A stretch of DNA of 64,000 nt from assembly GCA_945860945.1 (NCBI GenBank), contig CAMASG010000002.1, positions 19,086 through 83,085 of the forward strand. Direction: 5' to 3'. The position numbers and the translations under genes are program-made. Positions within the stretch are counted from its first letter, which is position 1; the number at the start of each line of letters is the position of its first letter. This document shows positions 36,664-46,154 of this stretch, in pieces. The notes under the pieces were generated by a model that was given only the letters and a program-made list of their open reading frames with translations, made no database searches and was not told the DNA's origin. This DNA is from Akkermansia muciniphila (GTDB taxonomy: Bacteria; Verrucomicrobiota; Verrucomicrobiia; Limisphaerales; SIAT01).

Positions 36664-37662
36664 TCACGGAACCGGCAGCGTGTCGAAAATCTTCTGGACG
36701 ATGCTCTCGCTCGTCTTCTCTTCCGCCTCGGCTTCGTAAGTGATGGCGACGCGATGGCGGAGGACATCCATGCCGATACTCTTCACATCCTGCGGCGTGA
36801 CGTACGCGCGGCCGTGAAGAAATGCGTGAGCTTTGCCGGCGAGCGTTAGGGCGATGGTCGCGCGCGGACTTGCGCCGAGTTGGATGAGGCCGGCGAGGTC
36901 GAGCTTGTAACGCCCCGGTTCGCGCGTGGCGCACACGATGTCCACGATGTAATCCTTCACCTTGTCGTCCACGTAAATCTGGTTGATCACTTCGCGCGCG
37001 GCAAGAATCTGCGCCGCGTTGACCACCGGTGCGGTGACGGGTTGACCGCTGGTACGAGCCATCAGATCGAGGATGCGGCGCTCTTCATCGCGCGACGGAT
37101 AGCCGATCTTGAGCTTCAACATGAAGCGGTCCACCTGCGCTTCGGGCAGCGGATACGTGCCCTCCTGCTCGATGGGATTCTGCGTCGCGAGCACGAGGAA
37201 CGGCTCCTCGAGTCGATACGTTTGGTCGCCGATGGTCACCTGTTTTTCCTGCATCGCCTCGAGCAGCGCGCTCTGCACCTTGGCGGGCGCGCGGTTGATT
37301 TCATCCGCGAGGACGAGGTTCGCGAAGATGGGGCCTTTCCGCGTGGTGAAGCCGGCGGTCTGCGGATTAAAAATCTGCGTGCCGATGACGTCGGCGGGCA
37401 ACATATCCGGCGTGAATTGAAGCCGAGAGAATTTCACATTGAGACTGCCGGCGAGCGATTTAACCGCGAGCGTCTTCGCCAGACCAGGCACGCCTTCGAG
37501 CAGGACGTGGCCGTTGGCGAGCAGGCCGATGACGAGGCGCTCGACGAGGTATTGTTGGCCGACGATGACCTTTCTGATCTCGGTGAAGAGCGGCCGCAGG
37601 ATTTCGCTGTGGCGTTGGACCTCGTTCTGGACGGCGCTGATTTCGGTGTTCATCGCGGCCAT
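36664..37662 (-). CDS. moxR: MoxR-family AAA+ ATPase
   Basis: Walker A LEGVPGLAKT, Walker B VLADEINRAPAK, and LATQNPIEQEGTYPLPEAQVDRF. The start is moved to ATG 37662. Confidence 0.9.
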   Translation of the reverse strand: MAAMNTEISAVQNEVQRHSEILRPLFTEIRKVIVGQQYLVERLVIGLLANGHVLLEGVPGLAKTLAVKSLAGSLNVKFSRLQFTPDMLPADVIGTQIFNPQTAGFTTRKGPIFANLVLADEINRAPAKVQSALLEAMQEKQVTIGDQTYRLEEPFLVLATQNPIEQEGTYPLPEAQVDRFMLKLKIGYPSRDEERRILDLMARTSGQPVTAPVVNAAQILAAREVINQIYVDDKVKDYIVDIVCATREPGRYKLDLAGLIQLGASPRATIALTLAGKAHAFLHGRAYVTPQDVKSIGMDVLRHRVAITYEAEAEEKTSESIVQKIFDTLPVP

Positions 37663-37751
37663 TCTAATAAGGGCGCGAAGGCATCGCCAGCCTTCATTAG
37701 CCTTCGGAGAATACGAAACGAGAGAGAAAGAAAACGCGAACGAGTCGAAAC

Positions 37752-38105
37752 TCAGCGAGCAATCAGCTTCAGCCACGCCTCTTCATTGAAACCAACGAGA
37801 CCGTTTTTCGAGGTGAGTGCGAAGGGGCGTTTGACGAGGTTGCCGTTGCCAGCGAGCAGATCGAGAGCCGCGTCGCTAGTGAGTTGCGGGAGGCGCTCTT
37901 TCATGTTCAAGCGTTTGTAATCTTGGCCGGAAGTGTTGAAGAGCTTGCGCACCTCGCCGCCGTAGTGAGCGAGCATTCGCTTCAGTTCAGCTTTCGTTGG
38001 CGGCTGCTCGCGGATGGGCACGGCGGTATGCGGTACGTCATGTGTCGCGAGGAATTTCACGGCCTTTCGGCAGGTGCCGCAACCGGCGTAGAGATAGACT
38101 TTCAC
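37752..38105 (-). CDS. ArsC/Spx/YffB family thioredoxin-fold protein
   Basis: 117 aa. MKVYLYAGCGTCRKAVKFL N-terminus and LVKRPF motif. ATGA overlap with ribF. Confidence 0.75.
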   Translation of the reverse strand: MKVYLYAGCGTCRKAVKFLATHDVPHTAVPIREQPPTKAELKRMLAHYGGEVRKLFNTSGQDYKRLNMKERLPQLTSDAALDLLAGNGNLVKRPFALTSKNGLVGFNEEAWLKLIAR

Positions 38106-39034
38106 AGACGTGCGAAGATTTCTCGGGCGCGCGCGGTGTCGCTGGCAATCTGCTGCTTCAACTCATCGAGATTGGCGAACCGTTGCTCGTCACGGAGATT
38201 TTCGACAAAGGTCAGTTCCATTTCCTGTCCGTACAGGTCACCACTGAAATCAAGCAAGTGCGCCTCGACCATTAATCGCGGGGCGGGGGAAGCGAGCGTC
38301 GGACGGAGGCCGATGTTCACGGCGGCGCGGTGGGTGCGGCCGGCGACGGTGGCGTGCGCGGCGTAAACGCCGTTCGGCGGCAGCACGAGTCCGGTGACGT
38401 CGAGGTTCGCGGTTGGAAAACCGAGTTCGCGACCGCGCGCGTCACCGCGAACAATTTCGCCGGCCAATGAAAAGGTTCGGCCGAGCATTTGTCCGGCGGT
38501 GTCAAAATCGCCGTGGCGAACGGCTTCGCGGATACGTGTGCTGCTGACCGGTTCGTTGTTCAAGGCAACCGAGGCGAGGCCGTGAACGGTGAATCCGAGT
38601 TCGTCGCCGAGCTTATTGAGCAACGCCACGTTGCCGCCGCGCTGGTGGCCGAACGTGAAATCGCCGCCGACACAGAGGCTGGCGAGCGGGCCGAGATCGC
38701 GCGCGAGGCTGCGGATGAATTCCTCGGCGGGCCGCTGGCTGAGCGCGTGATCGAAGTGGAGCAGCAGCGTGGCATCGACGCCGAGAGTCGCGATGGCTCG
38801 GAGTTTTTGAGGATTAGTTTGTAACAAGGGCGGGATGCGTTGTGGTGCGACGATGGTGTTCGGATGAGCGTCGAAGGTGACGACGACCGCGAGGCCTTCG
38901 TGCTGGCGTGCGTCGGCGACGGCTTGGCGGATGACCTGCTGATGGCCGAGATGGACGCCGTCAAATACGCCGATGGCGAGGGAGGCTTTGCGCGGGCCTC
39001 GGTCGAGTTCGCGGGCGTGCCGGAGGAGTTTCAT
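38102..39034 (-). CDS. ribF: Bifunctional riboflavin kinase / FAD synthetase
   Basis: IGVFDGVHLGHQ (FAD synthetase) and ELGFPTANL plus the GDLYG region (riboflavin kinase). Confidence 0.9.
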   Translation of the reverse strand: MKLLRHARELDRGPRKASLAIGVFDGVHLGHQQVIRQAVADARQHEGLAVVVTFDAHPNTIVAPQRIPPLLQTNPQKLRAIATLGVDATLLLHFDHALSQRPAEEFIRSLARDLGPLASLCVGGDFTFGHQRGGNVALLNKLGDELGFTVHGLASVALNNEPVSSTRIREAVRHGDFDTAGQMLGRTFSLAGEIVRGDARGRELGFPTANLDVTGLVLPPNGVYAAHATVAGRTHRAAVNIGLRPTLASPAPRLMVEAHLLDFSGDLYGQEMELTFVENLRDEQRFANLDELKQQIASDTARAREIFARL

Positions 39035-39037
39035 CGG

Positions 39038-39748
39038 TCACCTAGCCAGCTTGAGAAACGGGATGATGCGCGCGACGAGCGCGCTGGGCGGCATCTGGAT
39101 GAGTTGCTCGACCTCGATGGCGTCGGCGACGCTGAACTTGCCGGAGTCGGTGCGACGAAGGTGCTGGAGGTGCGCGCCACAGCCGAGTTTCTGGCCGAGC
39201 TCATGCGCGAGACTGCGGACGTAGGTGCCCTTCGTGCAGACGACACGGCACCAGCCTTGCGGTTCGACGTAGTCGGTGAAACGGAAATTGTAGATGTGAA
39301 CGAGGCGGGGCTTGCGTTCAACCACGATGCCTTTGCGCGCCAGTTTGTAGAGCGGCACACCGCCTTGTTTAACGGCGGAGACCATCGGCGGTTCCTGCAT
39401 CACATCGCCGGTGAATGCGGCCGTGGCGGCGTTGAGTTGGTCCAGTGTGAACGAGGGAACGGGCGCGGTGGCGGTGACGGCGCCTTTGGCATCGTAGCTG
39501 TCGGTGGTGATGCCGAAGCGAACACAGCCTTCGTACACCTTGTCGTCGCTCATCAATTTTTCGGAGAGCCGCGTGGCTTTGCCGAGGACGATGAGGAGCA
39601 GTCCGGTGGCGCCGGGATCGAGCGTGCCGCAGTGGCCGACTTTTCTCAGGCCGAGGTGGGCGCGGATGATATCAACGATGTCGTGCGAAGTGGGGCCGGC
39701 CGGTTTGTCCACGAGCAGAGCGCCGTCGAATTCTCCGAAGGTCTCCAT
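39038..39748 (-). CDS. truB: tRNA pseudouridine(55) synthase
   Basis: GALLVDKPAGPTSHD and the catalytic-Asp motif HCGTLDPGATGLL. Confidence 0.95.
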   Translation of the reverse strand: METFGEFDGALLVDKPAGPTSHDIVDIIRAHLGLRKVGHCGTLDPGATGLLLIVLGKATRLSEKLMSDDKVYEGCVRFGITTDSYDAKGAVTATAPVPSFTLDQLNAATAAFTGDVMQEPPMVSAVKQGGVPLYKLARKGIVVERKPRLVHIYNFRFTDYVEPQGWCRVVCTKGTYVRSLAHELGQKLGCGAHLQHLRRTDSGKFSVADAIEVEQLIQMPPSALVARIIPFLKLAR

Positions 39749-40732
39749 CTATTTAACAGCGTCGAGCGCATGCTTGATGGCGTTGAGAACGCGGCGTTGC
39801 ACGGCGAGCGGCTTGCCGGTGACGCGTGCGCCGGCGGCCGCGGAGTGACCGCCGCCGCCGAATTGCTGGGCGATTTCGCTCACGTTCACGCGGCTGTCTT
39901 TCGAGCGGAGACTGATGCGCGTGAGGTCGGGACCGGCCTCTTCAAAAACGCAGGCGACGACGACCGGTTCGATGTCGCGAATGTGGTCGATGAGCCCCTC
40001 GCTGTCGTTCGTCTCGGCGCCGGTGCGCGTGTAATCGGCCTGTTTGAGCCAGAAGTAGGCGATCTGGTTTTCGTGCGCGAGGCGGAAATTATTGAAGACG
40101 TGCCGCAGCAACCGCGCGCGGGAGAGCGGATAAGATTGATAGACTTCGTTGCAGACCTTCGCCAAATCCGCGCCGCGCTTCACGAGATCCGCCGCGGCGT
40201 GATACGTGGTCGGGCGCGTGGATGGATATTGGAAGGAGCCGGTGTCGGTCGAGATGGCGGTGAAAAGACAGTTGGCGATGGGCGGCGTGATGGGCCAACG
40301 CGCCCATTTGAGGAGACGATAAATCAGCTCGCCGCTGGAGGGTTCGCGGCTGGAAATCCAGTTGATGTCGCCGTAGCGGGTGTTGCTGCCGTGATGATCG
40401 ATGTTGATGAGAAGCTTGCGCTGCTCGATGCACGGGGCGATGTCGCCGAGTCGCTCGAAGCCGGCGCAGTCAGTGGCGATGACGAGATCGAACTTTTCGC
40501 CACGTTTGGGTTTCGTAATGAAACCTTCGCGGTCGAGGAAACGGAGTTTGGCAGGAACGGAATCTTGATTCCAGACAGTGACGCGTTTGCCTTCAGCGCG
40601 CAGGGCGAGAGCGAGGCCGAGCTGGGAGCCGACGCAATCGCCATCGGGCCGAACGTGGCCGACGACGCAGATGGTGCGGCTCGCGGCGATGTGTTCGAGG
40701 ATGCGCTCGATGATCTGAGGGCGCGGCTTCAT
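39749..40732 (-). CDS. nrnA: DHH/DHHA1 phosphoesterase (NrnA-like nanoRNase/pAp phosphatase)
   Basis: GHVRPDGDCVGS, the DHH motif INIDHHGSN, and DHHA1 GGGGHSAAAG. Confidence 0.8.
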   Translation of the reverse strand: MKPRPQIIERILEHIAASRTICVVGHVRPDGDCVGSQLGLALALRAEGKRVTVWNQDSVPAKLRFLDREGFITKPKRGEKFDLVIATDCAGFERLGDIAPCIEQRKLLINIDHHGSNTRYGDINWISSREPSSGELIYRLLKWARWPITPPIANCLFTAISTDTGSFQYPSTRPTTYHAAADLVKRGADLAKVCNEVYQSYPLSRARLLRHVFNNFRLAHENQIAYFWLKQADYTRTGAETNDSEGLIDHIRDIEPVVVACVFEEAGPDLTRISLRSKDSRVNVSEIAQQFGGGGHSAAAGARVTGKPLAVQRRVLNAIKHALDAVK

Positions 40733-41097
40733 TCAGTGGGGTCGGGCGTGTGATTCTTCTTCTCCAGATCAGCGAGGAGAAGGAGGATGCGGTTGCCGCG
40801 CTCGATGGAATCATCCACCACGAATCGCAGGCTCGGGATGTATTTGAGGATGATTTCGCGGGCGACTTGCATCCGGAGCCACGTGGCTCTTTCGTTGAGG
40901 AGGGACTGCCCCTTTTTCCTCTGGTCGTCGCCGCCGAGGATGCTGATGAAGACGGTGGCGGATTTGAGATCGGGCGTAATGGCCACGTCGTTCACCGTGA
41001 TGAGGCCACCCTCGCTCACGGAAATCTCCCGGCGGATCACTTCACCCACGGCGCGCTTGAGAAGCTCGCGGACGCGGTCTTGTCGGCGGGCAGCCAT
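40729..41097 (-). CDS. rbfA: Ribosome-binding factor A
   Basis: 122 aa. RVRELLKRAVGEVIRRE and VTPDLKSATVFISI are typical RbfA sequences, and the gene sits between infB and truB. Confidence 0.9.
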   Translation of the reverse strand: MAARRQDRVRELLKRAVGEVIRREISVSEGGLITVNDVAITPDLKSATVFISILGGDDQRKKGQSLLNERATWLRMQVAREIILKYIPSLRFVVDDSIERGNRILLLLADLEKKNHTPDPTE

Positions 41098-41122
41098 CAG
41101 ACGTCCTCCAGTGGTTGGTCAA

Positions 41123-43525
41123 TTAGAGTTGCTGCGCGACCTTCTCGATGGAGTAACACTCGATAGTGTCGCCCACCTCGAAGTCGTTGAAGCCATCGAG
41201 ACGAATGCCGCACTCCATGCCGGAGCGGACCTCGTTGACCTCGTCTTGAAAACGGCGGAGGGAAAGGGTGACGCCCTCGTAAATAAGACCCTTGCGGCGG
41301 AGCACGCGGACTTTGCCACGCGCGATGCGGCCGGAGTTGATGTAGCAGCCGGCGACGTTGCCTCCCTTCGAGAGAGAGAAGAGTTGGCGAATCTCGGCGG
41401 TGCCGGTGACGACCTCTTTGAGGATCGGATCGAGCAGGCCGGCCATCGCGAGTTTCACCTCGTCAATGAGCTCGTAGATGATGGCGTAAAGCTTGATCTG
41501 CACGCCGTGATGCTTGGCGCTGTCGGACACGCCGGTATCGATGCGCGTGTGGAAACCGAGGGCGATGGCCTTGGAGGCGGAGGCGAGCAGGATGTCGCTC
41601 TCCGTCACGGTGCCGACGGCGTGGTGGATGATATCGAGCGTGACCTTGCTCGCATCGATTTTCCTGAGAGCCTCGACGATGGCTTCGACGGAACCTTGCG
41701 TGTCGGCCTTGACGACAATGCGAAGCGTCTTGGCCTGCTCGGCATTGATGGAGGCGAAGAGATTCTCGAGCGTGACCTTCGGCCGTCGCTCTTCTTCGGC
41801 GAGCGCTTTGGCTTCAAACCCGCGTTCCTCGGCGACATCGCGGGCGGACTTCTCGTTCTCGACGATGGTGAATTCGTGGCCGGCTTCGGGAACGCCGTTG
41901 AGGCCGAGCACGCGCACAGCGACAGACGGACCGGCTTCCTTGAGTCGCTTGCCTTCCTCGTCGATGAGCGCGCGGACCTTGCCGTAAAACTGGTCGCAAA
42001 GAATGACTTCACCGACTTTGAGCGTGCCTTTGCGGACGAGCACGGTGGCGGTGGGGCCGCCTTGCAGAAGGCCGGACTCGATCACGTTGCCCTTGGCGCG
42101 GCGGTCGGGATTGGCCTTCAGTTCCATCACCTCGGCTTGAAGCAGGATGGACTCGAGCAGTTTGTCCACGCCGACTTTGGTGATCGCGGAACAGTCCACG
42201 AAAATGGTTTTGCCGCCCCACTCTTCACAGACGAGACCCTTCTCCTGCAATTGCTGGCGAACCTTCATCGGGTTCGCGTTGGGGTGGTCGCATTTGTTGA
42301 CGGCGACGATGATCTCAGTCTTCGCCGCTTGCGCGTGGCTCAACGCCTCGAGCGTCTGAGGCATCACGCCGTCATTGGCGGCGACGACGAGCACGACGAT
42401 ATCCGTCACGTTGGCACCGCGGGCGCGCATCGCGCTGAAGGCAGCGTGGCCGGGCGTATCGAGGAAGGTAATCTGCTGCGTCTCGTTCTTCCGCTCCGGA
42501 TGCGGGAAGGAAATGGTGTAAGCGCCGATGTGCTGGGTGATGCCGCCCGCCTCGCCGGCGGCGACGTTGGCTTTGCGAATCACGTCGAGCAGGGAAGTTT
42601 TGCCATGGTCCACGTGACCCATGATGGTGACGATGGGAGGGCGCGACTTGAGATGCTCGGGCTTATCCTGATCGTCCAACTCGATCTTCTTGACCGCCGC
42701 GTGGACTTGGCCGCCGCCGCGTTCACGCTTCTCAGTCTCGAACCGGAAACCGTGCTTGGCGCAGAGGCGTTGGGCGATCGTTTCGTCAACGGCTTGGTTG
42801 ACGTTGGCGAAGACGCCGAGCTCCATCAAATCGGCGATGAGCTGGAAGGGCTTTCGTTTGAGCCGCTCCGCGAGTTCGCGGACGATCACCGGCGGCTTCA
42901 TCGTGATCAGTTCGCCGCTGGTAGGCGCGACAAACCGTTGCGCTGCCGGCGTGACGGTCTTGGGCGCAGTCGCGCCTAGCGCGGGGCGATTACCGCCGAA
43001 ACGTTGATCGCGGGGCGCATCGCGGCGGTCAGGAGCGCCACCGAGCGGAGGACGGCCGACAACAGGAGGGCGACCGGCAGGAGGACGTTCGCCGGGGCGG
43101 GGAGGGCGCGGCGCGAGTTGAATGAAACCGACTTTCTGACCGAGAGTGGGCACCGCAGGCGGCGGCGGAATGACTGACGCAGGCGGAACAGCAGGAACCG
43201 CGGGCGCGACCGGCGCGGCCAATGTTTCGACAACGCTCGTGGTTGGCGGAACGATTTCGGGTTGAGCTTCGATTACTGGGGCAGGGGCGGGCGGCGGCTC
43301 GGGTGGGGCGACGATTAAGATGGGGGTGTGCTCGATCGGCTTGGGCGGCGGTTCGACGACGACGGGGACGTCCCCGAGGTGGCGCTCGAGTTCCTCGGCG
43401 GAAATCTTGTCGATGGAGCTGGAGGCAACTTTGGCGGCGGTGATGCCCAGTTCCTTGGCCTTGGCAATGACGGCTTTGCTCTCGATTCCGAACTTTTTGG
43501 CGATGTCGTAAACGCGGACGGGCAT
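41123..43525 (-). CDS. infB: Translation initiation factor IF-2
   Basis: G-domain motifs [17 protein letters not shown] and NKCD. Pro/Ala-rich N-terminal region. Confidence 0.97.
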   Translation of the reverse strand: MPVRVYDIAKKFGIESKAVIAKAKELGITAAKVASSSIDKISAEELERHLGDVPVVVEPPPKPIEHTPILIVAPPEPPPAPAPVIEAQPEIVPPTTSVVETLAAPVAPAVPAVPPASVIPPPPAVPTLGQKVGFIQLAPRPPRPGERPPAGRPPVVGRPPLGGAPDRRDAPRDQRFGGNRPALGATAPKTVTPAAQRFVAPTSGELITMKPPVIVRELAERLKRKPFQLIADLMELGVFANVNQAVDETIAQRLCAKHGFRFETEKRERGGGQVHAAVKKIELDDQDKPEHLKSRPPIVTIMGHVDHGKTSLLDVIRKANVAAGEAGGITQHIGAYTISFPHPERKNETQQITFLDTPGHAAFSAMRARGANVTDIVVLVVAANDGVMPQTLEALSHAQAAKTEIIVAVNKCDHPNANPMKVRQQLQEKGLVCEEWGGKTIFVDCSAITKVGVDKLLESILLQAEVMELKANPDRRAKGNVIESGLLQGGPTATVLVRKGTLKVGEVILCDQFYGKVRALIDEEGKRLKEAGPSVAVRVLGLNGVPEAGHEFTIVENEKSARDVAEERGFEAKALAEEERRPKVTLENLFASINAEQAKTLRIVVKADTQGSVEAIVEALRKIDASKVTLDIIHHAVGTVTESDILLASASKAIALGFHTRIDTGVSDSAKHHGVQIKLYAIIYELIDEVKLAMAGLLDPILKEVVTGTAEIRQLFSLSKGGNVAGCYINSGRIARGKVRVLRRKGLIYEGVTLSLRRFQDEVNEVRSGMECGIRLDGFNDFEVGDTIECYSIEKVAQQL

Positions 43526-43567
43526 ACGTGTTGGGTCTTCGGCACGGCGGCGTGCCGAGATTAAAAC

Positions 43568-44845
43568 TTACTTACCGGCGCCTCCGATGGTTTCTGCGCG
43601 GCGGGCAATCTCGGTTTGGATGGCCGTGATGATGGATTCAGCTTGATCGGCAATCTGCGGTATGCCGGTGAGATCGGAGGCCTCGGCTTGAGCGAGATCG
43701 TCCACGCTGTGGAAGCCGCTATTCACGAGCACAGCGGCCTGTTCAGGGGTGATGCCGGGGATGCTGGTGAAAGTCTGGATGACTTGGGCGACCTTCTCAT
43801 CGAAGCCGACCGGCGCGGCGACCACCGCGGGCTCGATGTCCACCTGCCAGCCCGTGAGCTTGGCGGTGAGGCGCGCGTTCTGGCCGCGCTTGCCGATGGC
43901 GAGCGAAAGCTGGTCTTCGGCGACGAAGATTTTCACGCGCTTGTGCTCCTCGTTCACTTCGCAGTTCTTGATTTGCGCCGGCGCGAGGGCGTTGATGACG
44001 AAGGTGCGGATGTCCGGATCCCAGCGAATGATGTCCACCTTCTCGTTGTTCAACTCGCGGACGATGTTCTTCACGCGACCGCCACGAAGTCCGACGCACG
44101 CGCCGACGGGGTCCACGCGCGGATCGCGGGAATGGACGGCGAGCTTGGTGCGGAAACCGGGTTCGCGAGCGACGCCTTTAATCTCGACGGTGCCGTCGTT
44201 AATCTCGCTGACTTCCAGTTGGAAAAGTTTGATGACGAAATCGGGCGCGGCGCGCGAGAGGATGATCTCCGGCCCGCGGAGGGTCTGCTCCACGGCGCGG
44301 ACGTAGCAGCGGATGCGTTCGCCCGGCTGATATTCCTCGGTGGGGACGCGCTCGCGGTTGGGCATCAACGCTTCGTAACGGCCGAGGTCGAGAACGACGT
44401 CCGACCGCTCGAACCGGCGCACGACACCGCTAACGATATCGCCGACGCGATCCTTGAACTCAGCGAAAATCAGATCCTTCTCAGCGCGGCGCACCTGCTG
44501 AAGCAGGGCCTGCTTCGCGAATTGCGCGGCGACACGGCCGAAACCGGTGGGCGTGACCTCTACTTCCACCTCTTCGCCGACTTGGGCATCGGACTTGATG
44601 CGGCGGGCGTCAAAACGGGAAATCTGGTCGTGTTTGGACTCGACTTTTTCGGCGACGATGAGCTTAGCGAACGCCTTGATATCACCATTCTTGGAATCAA
44701 TCTCGCAGCGCAGTTCGCGGGCGGGGCCAACGGCCTTCTTGGCGGCGGAAAGCAACGCTTCCTTTACAGCAGCCATCAGGACATCTTTGCTGATGCCCTT
44801 TTCCTTTTCCCAGTATTCGAGAACAGCTAAAAAATCTGCGTTCAT
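43568..44845 (-). CDS. nusA: Transcription termination/antitermination factor NusA
   Basis: Starts at ATG 44845 (MNADFLAVLEYWEKEKGI). S1 domain GDIVSGVVRRFE and KH GxxG motif IGKRGQNARL. Confidence 0.95.
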   Translation of the reverse strand: MNADFLAVLEYWEKEKGISKDVLMAAVKEALLSAAKKAVGPARELRCEIDSKNGDIKAFAKLIVAEKVESKHDQISRFDARRIKSDAQVGEEVEVEVTPTGFGRVAAQFAKQALLQQVRRAEKDLIFAEFKDRVGDIVSGVVRRFERSDVVLDLGRYEALMPNRERVPTEEYQPGERIRCYVRAVEQTLRGPEIILSRAAPDFVIKLFQLEVSEINDGTVEIKGVAREPGFRTKLAVHSRDPRVDPVGACVGLRGGRVKNIVRELNNEKVDIIRWDPDIRTFVINALAPAQIKNCEVNEEHKRVKIFVAEDQLSLAIGKRGQNARLTAKLTGWQVDIEPAVVAAPVGFDEKVAQVIQTFTSIPGITPEQAAVLVNSGFHSVDDLAQAEASDLTGIPQIADQAESIITAIQTEIARRAETIGGAGK

Positions 44846-44884
44846 AGCTCTCTTTCCGCCGCTCGCCTGCGTCCCATCAAGGGA

Positions 44885-44909
44885 ATAAAAAAGTCGGGAA
44901 AACCCGACT
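44885..44909 (-). terminator. Canonical intrinsic terminator inside the nusA 5' leader (candidate attenuator)
   Basis: Minus-strand RNA reads AAGUCGGG-uuuu-CCCGACUU followed by UUUUUAUU. The U-tract ends about 38 nt upstream of the nusA ATG. Confidence 0.8.
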
Positions 44910-45049
44910 TTCACACGCTGGCGACCCAGCAACTGATTCACCGACAAGTCCACTGTAGGCAATGGGCAAAATGCCGTCAAGGTTCATTTCCTTTGGACGG
45001 TACGGATTGGCGGCTTGCGGTCCCTGTATTGCTCCGCTAGCTTCGCGGG

Positions 45050-46153
45050 ATGGATAACAATCCGCCTCCCCTCGCATCGACCCAACCCGCTCCCGCGAAT
45101 CCGCCGGCCAAGAGGAGTGTCTTGTTGTGGCTGTTTGTCGCCACTTTGATAATCGGCTCCATGCTCGCCATGAGCGGCCTGCTCTGGCTAGCGGTCAGTT
45201 TGACTCCATCGCAAATGAGCGGGTTGGAAGCCAGCGGCGAGGACGGCTACCATAGCACCGTCATTCGCAAAGGTGCCGGCGAGGACAAGATCGCCGTGGT
45301 GGATGTGTCCGGCTTGATTTCCAGTTTCTCATTCGACGCCAGTGGTCGCGGCTTGGTCACCGGCATTCGCGAGCAGCTCACTCTTGCTGGTAAGGATGAC
45401 GACGTGAAGGCCGTCATCTTGCGCGTCGATTCCCCCGGCGGCGAAGTGCTCGCTTCGGACGAGATTTACAAAGCCATCCGCGCCTTTCAGGACAAGTATA
45501 AGAAGCCCGTCGTCGCCTCGATGGGTTCCGTCGCGGCCTCGGGCGGCTATTACGTGAGCGCGCCGTGCCGGCTCATCGTCGCCAACGAACTGACCATCAC
45601 CGGCAGTATCGGCGTGATTATGCAGGGCTACAACTATCGCGGCCTGCTCGACAAGATTGGCGTGCAGCCGATGGTTTTTAAGAGCGGTCGAAACAAAGAC
45701 ATGCTCAGCTCCACTAAGTTGCCCGGCGAAATCACTCCCGAGGAAAAGAAGATGGTGCAGGACCTCATCGACGAGACTTACCTCCGGTTCGTTGCCATCG
45801 TGAAGGAAGGCCGCACCGAGGCGCGCAAGAAGAACGAGAAGTCGGTCCGTCCGCTCGCGGCCGATTGGCAGGAATACGCCGACGGCCGCATCCTCACCGG
45901 CAAACAGGCGTTGCAGCACGGCCTCGTGGACAAGCTCGGCAACTTCGACGCCGCCGTCGAGGAAACCGAGAAGCTCGTGGGCCTCGCGGCAAAAGCGGAG
46001 CTGATCCGTTATTCGGTGCCGTTCAATTTCGCCAACTTCTTTCGGCTCGTCGGCGAAGCGAAGACCAGCACGGTGAAGGTGGACCTCGGCGTCGAAGTGC
46101 CGAAGATTCGCTCCGGCCGGCTCTACTTCCTTTCGCCCTTCATTCTCGACTGA
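45050..46153 (+). CDS. sppA: Signal peptide peptidase SppA (S49, 36K type)
   Basis: N-terminal TM segment and the S49 catalytic region PVVASMGSVAASGGYYVS. Confidence 0.85.
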   Translation: MDNNPPPLASTQPAPANPPAKRSVLLWLFVATLIIGSMLAMSGLLWLAVSLTPSQMSGLEASGEDGYHSTVIRKGAGEDKIAVVDVSGLISSFSFDASGRGLVTGIREQLTLAGKDDDVKAVILRVDSPGGEVLASDEIYKAIRAFQDKYKKPVVASMGSVAASGGYYVSAPCRLIVANELTITGSIGVIMQGYNYRGLLDKIGVQPMVFKSGRNKDMLSSTKLPGEITPEEKKMVQDLIDETYLRFVAIVKEGRTEARKKNEKSVRPLAADWQEYADGRILTGKQALQHGLVDKLGNFDAAVEETEKLVGLAAKAELIRYSVPFNFANFFRLVGEAKTSTVKVDLGVEVPKIRSGRLYFLSPFILD

Positions 46154-46154
46154 G

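Noticed and set aside
44877-45077. 66-aa minus-strand ORF covering the nusA leader and its terminator hairpin; possible leader peptide.
   Set aside because: It would start inside the divergent sppA coding region and has no Shine-Dalgarno-like sequence or recognisable motif. The RNA terminator explains the region better.
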